Shown here: positions 27,022 through 39,041 of the stretch, in pieces
Layout of the letters: every line of letters starts with the position of its first letter
Numbering within the stretch: the stretch's first letter is position 1
Source: Daphnia carinata
Taxonomy: Eukaryota
DNA: 64,000 nt
Reading direction: 5' to 3'
NCBI RefSeq assembly: GCF_022539665.2
Contig: NC_081334.1
Span: forward strand, 2,480,001 to 2,544,000
Made by a program: the position numbers and the translations under genes
Notes under the pieces: model-generated
What the model was told of the DNA's origin: nothing
The model's input: only the letters and a program-made list of their open reading frames with translations
Database searches by the model: none

Positions 27022-27522
27022 GCTAGTACCCTACAGGGCTAGCGCGATGCAGCAGAAATATTCGGTGAGTGTATGTAAAGAATTAACTAGAAATCTGACC
27101 GTTAGACGGCGATAGCAGTGAAACAGAAAAAAGGCCGATATTTTTTTTTTTTTTTTTGGGGGGGGGGGGGGGGGTAAAACGGATTGCCATATGAGGTGAT
27201 TTAACCAGAGGATGGTTCAGAGTAATAAAAAAACATTAACCATACTAATAGAAATATGACTAAAATGTAATAATGTAGATTAACTGTATTTTTTTGTTGT
27301 TATATTTTTTATAATCCCGGGACGATATTTTAAAAAATCTTTCACAATTTCTTGCCTGATATAAAAATTAATCAGGAAAGAAAAATCGCAAAAGAAAATG
27401 GGATATGTCTATTTTTTAGAAAAACAAATATGGTCAGACATTGAAACTTGCATATAAATCCTCCGATTTGAGATTGATCAAAGAGTCTCTAGTCACAGGC
27501 TGCCACGCAATGGATATTATGT

Positions 27523-29154
27523 TCATGTTCTCCTCCTGGTCGACACAAACTTTTCAGCTGGAAGGGCACCCATGGCATCGTTCATAACTTTAATGACGAG
27601 TTCTCCTACTTGTCTGGCCATTTCTGGTTTCACTTCAGCGAAGACTTCTTGCGAGTTCTCATTCAGGAAATTGTTAACTGTCTCGCCTAATGATGTAGAT
27701 AAAGAAGAAACGAAACATTAATCTTCAAGACTTGAAAGCATGCCAACTGCTTTGAATTAGAAATGAAGAGGCATGGCTAAAAGCTAATTGAAGTTTAGTT
27801 ACGTTACTGACCTAAAATGGGATCACCGTTGAAAAGGTTGTTCAACCTCATACGCATTTTGCCAACATTTAAGTCAAGGGCGTTGTTGGCCACCTGGAGG
27901 TTCTGGTTTGGTGGATTTCCCTTCAAAACTAAATTGCTCGTGGCGTCAACAGTGACGTTGCCTGAAATTTTCAGTTGAGAGCAATGAATTAGGTTGAAAG
28001 GAAAATGCATGTGAAGAAAGAAGTGTTTCGTACTTAGAATGTTCCAAAATGTGCCAGTTCCTTCGACAGCAAGAACGAAGATCCTTCCAGAAACTTTGTA
28101 CTGACCAGTTATACGCAACTCGGGAATTGAAAGTCGAAGTTTCATTGTCATCGCATCCGGATCGGCCCTATTGAGTGGCAACAGTGGCATGAATAAACAC
28201 GTAACTTTCTTTTTTAAGAGATACAGACACTGGTATGAAGCGGTTTTATTTTCAGTTCACCTACGTCACACTGTTAGTGATGAACTTGGACAATCCACGG
28301 ACTTGGATCTGAGAGAAAGTCGACCTGAATTCGCCTTGCACCAAATTAATGCTGCTGATGAACATCGGATCCTTATAAGAATTTAGAAAAAAACGTCATT
28401 TAACTTGAATTAATAATAATTACTGGGAAGCGACAAATGACTCACCAAAACGGGGACATTGATTTCCGGAATTCCTGCAATATTAAGAAAAAAAGAGATA
28501 AAATAAGGTACGGAAGAAATCAAGACGTATGAGGGATAATAGGATAGATGTTTACAAAAGAAAATAAGCTGATGATTCATCATAGTAGTAACTACACTGG
28601 CCGAGCTGGAAGAACAACTTTCACTTTCATTTCGAATGTGTTCCGCATGCAAAATTCGATATCTTTTTTTACTCTTTTTCGCCACTAGAAAGCACAGTTG
28701 CAAATAGCACACAAAGAACATCAGCCGTTGTAGAAATGATTTTCTTCTTTGTGAAAGGCTGAAGAAAATTGGAAGTTCAAAGTTATAAACGATTCTTACC
28801 TGTGGGCATGAAAGGTTTCAAATCCTCGACGATCTTAAAAAGGCAATTGTTTAAGGCAGCTTGGTTATTGGAGTCGCACTGTTTAAGGGAATCACCTATT
28901 CAATAAGGAAAAACAAAAATTAGATGTTTAGTATTTTAATCAAAACAAATTTCACATAAAATCCAAGTTTTGTGTTATTATCTGTGCCGATTTCTGTTAC
29001 TAGGACACGCGGCTCTTTTTCAAACAACTTTAATTGTTTTGCACACGCTAAGGTAGACTTTAATGGAAGGTTTTGTTATAAAGAAATCAAACTTACCAAA
29101 TTTCCCAGCTGACGTCGATGCAATTAAAGTGACGAAAAATATTGCCGCCCACAT
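27523..29154 (-). CDS. Takeout / haemolymph juvenile hormone-binding protein (JHBP) family secreted protein
   Basis: Signal peptide MWAAIFFVTLIASTSA, then LKQC...LNNCL, GIPEINVPVLDPM, LRITGQYKVSGRIFVLAVEGTG and RLNNLFNGDPILGETVNNFLNENSQEVFAEVKP. Stop TGA at 27525-27523. Confidence 0.9.
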
Positions 29155-30437
29155 TTTTATTCACTTGACGATTTCTCGTTCTTACTCGGTTGCCAACGTC
29201 CTGAAGACTGATGAATTAACTGACCAAGTTCCAGGACAAAATATACCAGTCTCTTTTTCCCTCCCCTCTTTGCCCGCCTCCTCTCCCAAACAGTCCCCCC
29301 CCCTCGCCAACATCAGGTTTTTCCTTTTCCCCTTTTTTGCTTGTCCTTTCCATACAAAACTCGTAGCCTACATCGATGAAAATAACCTGCTTCTCATCAA
29401 CCGCAATTACTTTTCAATTTCCTCGGTAAAAACATACAAAATTTGGCAATACCGAAGGATTTTCCCTTTTGAATTGTACACAGGTTTTACTTCTTCCGCA
29501 TGATAGCCAGGATGCCTTACCGATCGCGATGCCATGGGCATAATTCCGTCAAATAAAAGCTTGTTTGATGTGGTACTTCTCATATTTGACACAAGACAAG
29601 CTTCATTTTTCCTTCATCTTGAACTACGAACTTCATAACGTTCTCGAATTTGCCGGAACGTATCCTCCTAAACGGGCTCATCTACTTGTTTTGAGAAAGT
29701 TTGTCTGGTCAATAAAAGTCGCGCGACAAAAACAAGTCGTACGGTCAGAAAAATAAAATACAGAACGAGGTCATGGCCGGAAGCGGTGAGGTGCGAAAGG
29801 TGTTTTTGATGCGTCACGGTTTGGAAAATACAATCGTTTTGACCTTGACGGAAGTTTGCCCTGCTCGCATCTCCCATCAACAGAATAACGAGGAAGAGTG
29901 TTCCTCCACTTCCTCGTCTGCTAAGCAAGGCTCACCCAGGTGCCAAATAATCACATTTCACCATGAATATTATACCACCTTCCATTTCCTGCGACGCCAA
30001 TGGGAAAATTGATTTGAATATGCGAATAAAAACATTCATAAACTATAAGATTATATAAACAAATGCGTCGTACTCCTACTCCCAAGGACTTTACCTCTAT
30101 CGGCTTAGTGGTAGGTAGAAGGCACGGGGATTACCACCACACTTACATCCGCGGTAGATGACGGAGTACTTGTCATGAATTTGGAAACGAGATGTGCGTC
30201 GCACTTCAAGGTGATAGGAAGCAATCATCTGTAAACCCTCACTTGAAACACATCAAGGCCAAGTAGCCCAAATTCCTAGTCCGATACTATTTTCTCCGTC
30301 TCGCTTTTGTGAGTTCTTCGTTTCAATGACGATAAACTATTCTTCGTGGTATGAATCCACGAAAAACTTAAAGATTTTTTTATTGCGCTTGATTTTTCCG
30401 TTGAAGCCGGCCACAATAAAATGATGGTGGTGCTCAA

Positions 30438-33400
30438 TTACAACCGAGATAGGGCGTCTCTCCATTTCGATACATGTTGTAGATTTTGGAAAGCCTTGAC
30501 ACGTCTGTAGAGGACGGGGCAGTCCATGGAGACACAATCTTGCTGGATGCGACTGTTGTCCGTACAGCTCTGGCAAATGCTGATTAATTCGGTGTAATCT
30601 TTTTCTCTAATACGTTGCATGGCCGAAAGGGAGAACGCGCTGGCCTGGCGATTAGAACTACATGCAGCGCATAGGCCGTTTGCCAAGATAGGCTCATCAC
30701 ACAGGAGGCAAAGTGATGAACCAAAATACTGGGAAATGGTTGCCTTCCGGGCATTCCCATGATCGTTTTGTATTAGGGACGATGGCGCAACACCCACCCG
30801 TGGAAGGTTTTGATACCTGTGATAGATCAAGGACTCGTTACATTAAATTCTTCCCCCTTGACAGTTGATCAATTTACCATGAAAGAACGTCAACTCCCAA
30901 AAGACCTAAGCACCTTTGCAGTGCAGGAATGATGGCCCGGCTTATGTAATAATGGGCATTTAATCGAAGAGATGTATCTACTAGCAGCTGATTAGCTGGC
31001 ACAACCAACCGGATAAGGGGTACACCTGGAGATCCATAAACTATAATATACGGGACGCGCTCTCCAATCCGCGGTTCAGAGCGACGATCGATTCTTACTT
31101 TTTGCCTACAAAAATTTTTAATTCGTAAATAAAGGGAGAAAATGCCAGGCGATTTATAACTGACTTGGCAATCTCCAAAGCTGGAACGCATGCACCTGGT
31201 TTATATCCTTCGCGGCCACGAAATTCTTTGGCAAATATGAAATCTTGCAAGCTGTTGCGATTTTGCAAGATTTTCATGAACTGTCGCTGAAGGTAAACTT
31301 TCACTTTACTGACATCGCACGATTCAAACAGCAAACGTAGCGAACGTTCAAGGAGCTACGAAGTGAGAGAACGTTTGTTACCAGCCAGATTAGAAGTAAA
31401 ACGAGTGCACCCCTCGATACCTTAACAACAGCAGGGCACCCATCGCGGCGCACGGTCTCGATTCCTTTGGCTTCGTATACCGGTTCCTTTTGATTTACAG
31501 ATTCATACTTATAGCCGACATATCTTTTCTTTGTCTGCGCAGAAAAGTGCGAACATATTAATTAAGCAATTTAAATATTAGTTACAAAACAATTTACTGA
31601 CCTGAAGAATGCATGGCTGATAAACTTTTTCAAACTTGAGTTTCACAGGTTGAGGATTGGCTTTAGTAACGGCATGTGCAATTTCATCTCCAATTTTGAA
31701 AGCTTCTTCTCGGCTCCGACCGGATAACAAAACAAATACAGAGTCTGTATCGCCATAGACGACTCGTGCCTTCCATTCTTTGCGTTCTTCGATCAAACGA
31801 ATCGCTCGCTCCAGCGTTTCACGACCTTTGCTAACAACACTATCACCCAGTTCAACGCATGGCATTCGGCCAGAGAAATTGGCTGACGTGTATCCATAGG
31901 TCACATTAGCAATAAGTTTAAGCCCCAACTGTCGTGAATCAAAGACCCGCCGTAAAGTTGTATCCCCTTCATATTCTTTCATGGACTGTTTCACCTAGAA
32001 ACATAATCGATTTAAACGTAAAAGAGAAAAATAAATATAATATAATAGTTAGCGGATACCATTATTCTCGTGTTAAGAATTTCGCTTAGCATCTGCGGTA
32101 TGATGCCTGTTCTAACTTCCGGTTTGACGAACACAACACCTGCTGGTGATATGTTAACCAAATCTTGTTTAACTAACTTTCGGACTGTAGCAGGAGGGAC
32201 GAGCAACTGAGTACAGCCGAATTCAAACGGCTCGTTTCTAACAAGGGGAGGCAATGTCATCAGTTATTATGAAAATATAATAATATATTTGATGCTTACT
32301 TTCCCAAGAGTTGCGCTCGGCCCAGGCATGTAGAGTAGCAATAATTGTACGCTATAATCATTGATGGATAAAGCGACTGAAAATCTAAAACCAGTACGGG
32401 ATCCGTGTAAAACCTGAAATAGTACATCAACCAATGACGTAAATGATTAAACAAGATGTTTTTACATTTTTTTACTTGGATTCCGGTTCTAGGATCAGTG
32501 GAAGCCATTCTGGTGCTTTCATTCTTGCACGTTGCTGAACCGATGGCGAGACCGCGATGAAGTTTTTAGGTTTGGCCAATCTTAGCATCATTGATTCAAC
32601 TCGATACTTTTCGTACAATATAAGTTAATACTAATATTAGTGGATTTCCGAATAAAAGGTTATACTTGAGATCCACGAGTAAAAACTTCGTAAAACTGAA
32701 TTCCAAAAAGTCGGGCTAATTCACTCGTTCTGCCGATTACATCAAGTTGTTCCATAAGATCTATATTGCCTCGGACGCGAGAGATGTAGTGTTCAACTAC
32801 TTGCCACCTGAAAAGCGAAACATTTAACGGATGCCAATAGAAAATTTCTTATAAAATGAATTACCGATCGTGATTGCTGTGCCACCAGACAGTCAGTTTT
32901 TCAAAGGGGAAAGTTGACACTCGCCGATGTAGAATGTGAAAAACCATGTTCTCAAAGGTATAACTTTGAAGCGCAACCTATCAGCTGAATAGTTAGAGTC
33001 TATATCTAACGAATGAGGAAATACCTCGGAATGAAAATGTTAAATACCTCAACTCGAAGGATACGCCACAGGTTAAGAACTATACGACCACCGATAGTGA
33101 TGTCGGAATTCTTTTCTACCATGTAACCTCCTTCAATAATATCTTCAAGAACACCAGTGGGACGCTCTGGAAAGGCTCCTGGTATCCGTGAAAGTTGATT
33201 CTGAACATTTATTCCGAGGAATTTTCCACGTTGTAGTAAATAGCCCCACGACAACATTTCAATCTGTGAAAATTAGGAATACATTCCAATGGTTCAATTT
33301 TTTACAGTAAATAATGAAACTAACCTCATAGCCAACCACAATATCAGGATCCCAAAAGCTAACAAGCTCTCGAAGTTGCTCGAAAAGAGCTGCCTCGCTG

Positions 33401-36400
33401 CCAACAGAAAGGAATTCCACGTTGACAATTCCAGAGCGACGGAAAAATTTACTTTTCTGGTTCGATTCCGGAGTCTTTTCTGGGTCAATAACAATTACAC
33501 CCGTCACCATGTCCGGTGTTGGGCTATGTAAAGGCACGTCGTTGGTGACAGTATAGAACAATGCGATGACAGCATCAAATTCCGGATCTGGCCGTAAACT
33601 TTGTCGCGTTTCAATATGAAGTTCCACACTCAAAATAGTCAAATACTGGTTCTAAATTTTAATTAATTCGGGAATGTAAACAGTAATTTAATTCAATATT
33701 TGAGTTTTAAAAAACGGATTAATACTTGATGTACAGCTTTCGCTTCGTGGCAGTTTCCAAATGAAACTCTGAATCCAAAACTGTTGTTTAGAGACGGTGC
33801 TTCCAATTGTGACCGATCACCAGCCTTGGCCTTCCTCGCAGCTTTATTTAAAGCTTCGGTTTTGATTACTGATTGCTTGCCAACGTTCGAAGACTCTTGA
33901 ATCTGTTTTTCTTCTAACCATTTGATGACTGTTTGTCTAGACGGTGGCTTTGAAAGCGGAGTAAGAACGATTGGAACATAGGCATCGTTCGAGCTTATTT
34001 CATCAATCTAAAGTCATACACAAGGTAATGATTAACAGCGTATGTGCGTTGTTATTTCAAAAGCTAAATTATACGCATTACCTGGCATAAACGTTTGCCA
34101 AAATCTGGCAGATGGCAGACCAAATGTGTTCCAATTGTTACTGATTGTTGACGAATATCTTTTGTTTTGGAAGTTGATAGAAAATCATTGGCATCACTCC
34201 AGTAAGGCTTGCCATTGTCTTTCGATGGAATGTCGTACAGATTCAAGGTAGACACCACACGTTCCCTGCTTGGGCTGTCCACGGCGGTTACATATATTTT
34301 CGATGAATGAAATATTTGCGGATAAATTTTCAAAGAACTATCAGCCAATGAGGGTTGCTCTGCTTCAGTTTTATCAGCATCGGCAATATCTTGGAGAAGC
34401 AAACTACTGTCCTCGTTCCAAGAAAAGTTGGACGAACTATTTCGGCTGCGAACAAGCAAATGGCTACTGGAAGATTGTGATAAATTTGGGGTTCGTGAAC
34501 GAGACGCATTCAATTCAACATCGGATAATGCCTCTTCTCCAGAATTTTCCATATTGGACAGTGGTAACATTCTAGAGCGTTGGTTAGTATCAGTAACTAT
34601 GGAAGAGAGGGAGTTGATGCCAGGGTCGCTAGTGTAGTCTTCTGGCTCCTTTACTAATGTTGTACTTTCTTTCTCATTACTTGAGACTTCGCTGGAATTT
34701 TCGTTCTCTTTCGCTATTTCTTCAGCTACAAACCCACAGATGTCTACATTCGTAGTTTGTTTAGTTTCTTCTGATTTGGTTTCTAATACTTTTCCTTCAA
34801 TGCTTTCACTTCCGATGGCAATAAAACTTTCTTTTTGTCTGAGCTCGCAGGTAAGTTTTACTTTCTCTGATTTCGTTAAATCGTCTACACTTGTGTCAAT
34901 ATGTTGGCTTTCTTCCTTTACTTGTGATTCTCCGCTTATATTATTTCTAATTTCTTTTTCGGCACTCGGCTTTCCTTTACGCTTTCGTTTTCTGGGATTT
35001 GGTTTGAACAAACTCTCTTGACGAGGAACATGAGACGAAATTCGAAGATTTCGAAGGGTTCGCTTTTGGTAAGCTAAGATTTCTTCCTCCAGGCTCTTCA
35101 ACACTACCAGTCCAGAATTCATCTTGACTTTGCAACCTTTTGTGGCTTCGAAAGCTGAAATGTCTTGCAACAAAGGTCGTATGGTTACTCGCGCATCTTT
35201 GATTGGAGTTAACGGCCGTGGAGGTGATTCTGAAGGCTGAAAAGGAGGAGGGCTTAAGTAGCTCATTGTGTACAATGCGTCTGTATATTCAGACTTGTTT
35301 GATTTTATCGTTAATTCTGAACTTGGTAGACTGCATATATGGCTGTCTTCTAGACATGTTTCGTCGACTACTGGAAAATTCGCTCCGGGTGTTGTTGCCA
35401 AAGACGTCGAATAGGCACTAGGAAAACGTGGAGGACTGGACGATGGATAACGCAGCTTTATGGCAGTGTAAGTATCATGTGATACTTCACTGATGGTCGC
35501 GTTTGACGTCGAGCGAAACATTAAAGGTCTATATTTTTTTTCTTTTTTCACGCGCCTCTTTCCGGCAAGATCTTGCCGTTCATCCTCTGAGCTGCTGTCG
35601 TCGGCCCCATCGACATTTGGCAGACAATATTCGTCAAATGACGAATTAGAGGATTCTTCAATGATTTCATCGCGCTCAGTGATTTGTGCAAGAGAGGTGG
35701 AAGCTGAGGCAAATCGATTGTTATTTTCGTGGCCATCTTGTGGAAATATAATTGATAATTAGATACTGTAACGGAAACAAGATGATGTAAATTCCTTACT
35801 TGTAAACATATCAACAGAATGTTCTGATTCTTCAAAGATCTGGGACATTTCCATGGTTTCGCGTTCCTCATCACTATCACTTTTAGGGTCACTGATGCCT
35901 ATTTGGGCTATATTATCAGATGTGGTTCCGGAATGTTGTGTCCCTAAAACACTGTCATCGTCGTAAGGTAAATCCTCGACTGAATCGCCACTGGAAACAA
36001 ATTCTAATACTGGGGTAGTCACAGTCAGCCTTAAAGTTCGTGAATTCTGTGATTTAACTGCTGTATCCTCCAAGGAGCTTGAAGATTCGGATGGCGTGCA
36101 AACAAAGGATTCGTGCTCGTCAGCTAAATCGCAGAGGATGTCAAGTAAGTCAGCATCTCCTTCCACAGGATGCTGCCCCTTTGTTTCCAGTGAGCTATGA
36201 AAATCGATGCTGGAAGCCGACAATAATGTACCCTCTACTCCTTCTGGCGTTTCAATAGCTAAACTCGTTTCTTGCTGCTCATTCACCTCGCAGAACGACA
36301 GCGAAACATCTCCCTGATTATGAAGCAAAGTGATTTGTTATTAAATGCAAATAAAATTTAACTTCTATAAAACTTATATACCGTTTCACTAGCATACTCG

Positions 36401-37581
36401 CGCAACTGTTTACTCAAGTTGGCTTTGTAAAATATGTGACTGGATGTTGGTACGGCTTGTGATCTGGGTTGCGAAGCCGGAGGGTTTATGGTATCCAAAT
36501 TAATATTTTTCACTTTACGGCGTTCTATTTCTTCATCCCACAAAGCAGCTAGACCGGGATTCATTTGAATTCCATCTAAGAAATCCCACAATAGAAAATT
36601 AATAATAAGTAAACAAAGAAAACACTCAATGAAAACAAAAAGGATGGATTACCTTGGACATCTAAGGAATTTAAAATATCACTGGCAAAACAGTCGAGCT
36701 CCATCTCACACGTGCTAACGGGTTCGGCTTTACTGGGATAAAAATTATCGACGTTGTCTCCTATTTTTCAAAAACAACTAATCTTAACGACAATAGTGGC
36801 AATAAAAAACATCGGTTTCACCTGGGTTACGGCGTGCAAAAGCTTTTTTTAGGTGAATAAAATTCATTCCTTGCAAATTAAAATCCATAAGAAACTGCAG
36901 AATGAAGGGTATATGAGCTTCGCAAGGTTGGAGAATCTTTTTCAGCACAGCTCCATTCTGGTAGCATAATTTATCATTACCATCAGGAATATTTTAAGCT
37001 TACAGTACAGTATTATTACCAGTAAAAGGTCATATGAATGCTTCCTTGTGTTTGGGTTGTAAAAATATACTTTGAATAGTTGATGTTCTTTGGCATGAAA
37101 CCCATAAATTGGAATACCGCTGACAAGCACAGCCTTGAAAACATGATGAAATGATGAATTACCCTGGCCTTGTAAAATATTGATGGCTTTATCAAGAGCC
37201 ATAACAATCTGGTGCCCCATCTGTTCAGGTGGGGCTGATCCATCATATGGAATGTACAAATATGGAAATACTCCATGAACATGAAGGCACACCTTGTGAC
37301 CTATTAGAAAATTTAGACAGGTAAATGGTTAATCTATTTGAATGTAAGTATTTCTTCAACACAGATTATCAGTGAAACATGGACAAGAATGGTTGCTGTA
37401 TACCTGTTGAAGTTGAGCCAAAAACCCTAATGACGGGAACTTTTTTTACTTCTAAGCCTCTATATGTAGAGTAACCAATATCCAATCCCGGAATAGGATT
37501 AGACATGTAGTAATCGGCACTCACCAGCCGGACAGAAACTACTGCGACTGGTTTATTTTCAGCTCTTGCCATCATATTCAT
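30438..37581 (-). CDS. REV3L: DNA polymerase zeta catalytic subunit, multi-exon
   Basis: N-terminal [10 protein letters not shown]...VPVIRVFG...[31 protein letters not shown], the inactive exonuclease region ([16 protein letters not shown]), B-family motifs [23 protein letters not shown] and YGDTDS, and the C-terminal CysA (CLLC..CAAC) and CysB (CQSC..CVSMDC) clusters. Confidence 0.97.
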
Positions 37582-38133
37582 GATGCAAAATAGACTAGGA
37601 TGTTTCCCCACAAACAAAAACAAAATTATAAGTTTTAGTATTCTTTATAACTGAACAATGGTACTGTTGAATAGCTTTCATTTTATCGCGCCAAAACAAA
37701 ATCTGTATTGTTTGTGCACGACTTTCTGTCTACAAAAGTGCTATTCAGGTTTCCCTCAGTTTCTATCTGAGAAAAGCAGACGAAAGCAGGAGCCCCATTG
37801 CCAACTTCACCAAGTAAAAGAAAATTCTGATTACCATTAGCACCAGGCATGCTTGTTGCTGCTACAACAACTATGGTATATGTTACAATCCTGAAATAGT
37901 TTTAAGTATAGATGTCCACTCAAAAAAGGGATAGAATAACTGCAAATAACAAAGTGAGTACGGTTTAAAAATTTTATGTATTAAAGGGATTTTGTAAATT
38001 TGTTTCCAAAAGAAGAATTTTGAAGTAAGAATTTACTATTTACAGACCAAATATAAACAAACAAAAAAAAAACAATTTGGAGAAAATAAGCCCCTCACCT
38101 ACAACATTCCACCAGGAAACTCCTGAACAAATC

Positions 38134-38221
38134 CTCCATAATGGCAATCCGGTCAGAGTAGTGAACTGACAACATATTTCAGTGACCATTTCACCGCTCT
38201 TGACACTTGGCCACCATGAAG
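38134..38221 (-). ncRNA. Candidate pre-miRNA-like hairpin, copy 1
   Basis: On the minus strand CUUCAUGGUGGC pairs with GCCAUUAUGGAG, GUCA with UGAC, and GAGCGGUGAAAUGGU with GUCAGUUCACUACUC. The interrupted stem is about 35 bp with a loop of about 13-15 nt. Confidence 0.45.
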
Positions 38222-38274
38222 AACAAAGTTTCCATCAGGAGAATCCCTTCCTTGCCTAGCTCCTTAGTAAATCC

Positions 38275-38360
38275 CCCGTATTGGCAATCTCTTCAGAGTA
38301 GTGAGTTGACCACATTTTCCAGGGACCATCCCACCACTCTTGATAGTTAGCCAATATAGG
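38275..38360 (-). ncRNA. Candidate pre-miRNA-like hairpin, copy 2 (paralog of copy 1)
   Basis: On the minus strand CCUAUAUUGGC pairs with GCCAAUACGGG, and AGAGUGGUGGGAUGGUC with GGUCAACUCACUACUCU (16 of 17 pairs, including G-U). It aligns without gaps to copy 1 at offset 140. Confidence 0.45.
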
Positions 38361-39041
38361 TTTTGTAAGTATTCCATTTTGAAAGTATTGGAAATCACAG
38401 TTTGAGCTGAATACATCAAACCGAAAAATTGCGAATCCTTATGTGTGGGAGGCCTGCGGAACCATGGCTAGTAAGTACCATTTCGCCTATTTTCCCCTTA
38501 TTTCTAAATAAAAGTGTGCGTGAAAGCATTTGCTATTACGATATATTTCAAATTTAACTAATAAAGCATCTAGTTCAATAATATATTGTTCATTTAAGTT
38601 GGAATTTGAATGAATAACAATTGAAAATGCTGCAGGTCTCTCAACAGCTGTTGACCAGCTGATTACAAAACAGAAGACGTTGGCATTTCCTTTGCCCATT
38701 ATTTTCGTGCAAAATTTCGAACGTTATGCGAAGGTTTCATGAACTTGATGACACAAGAAAAAGAGTTTTTGTAGAAAATGTGAATAAAACTTTGCTTTAA
38801 CCCTTAGCTGTTATACGAGAATGAGACCAAGAAGAAAAGTTATTTTAACAACTTAACTGTTGTTGATTTTAGGCTTGATGCTTATAAGATCTGTTTGTGG
38901 ACGTTTGGCATTCGTTTTCCTTCGCCATGATAAATTTTTCGTCGAAAACCGCTCCAACCCGCTCTTCTTGACAGTCAATAATCAATCTTGGTAACGAGAT
39001 TTAAAAAACCAGATGGAAATCTTTCGTAAAATCGACCACAT

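Noticed and set aside
27140..27174. Poly-T followed by poly-G run as a G-quadruplex regulatory element
   Set aside because: Simple homopolymers of assembly-sensitive length, with no supporting context.
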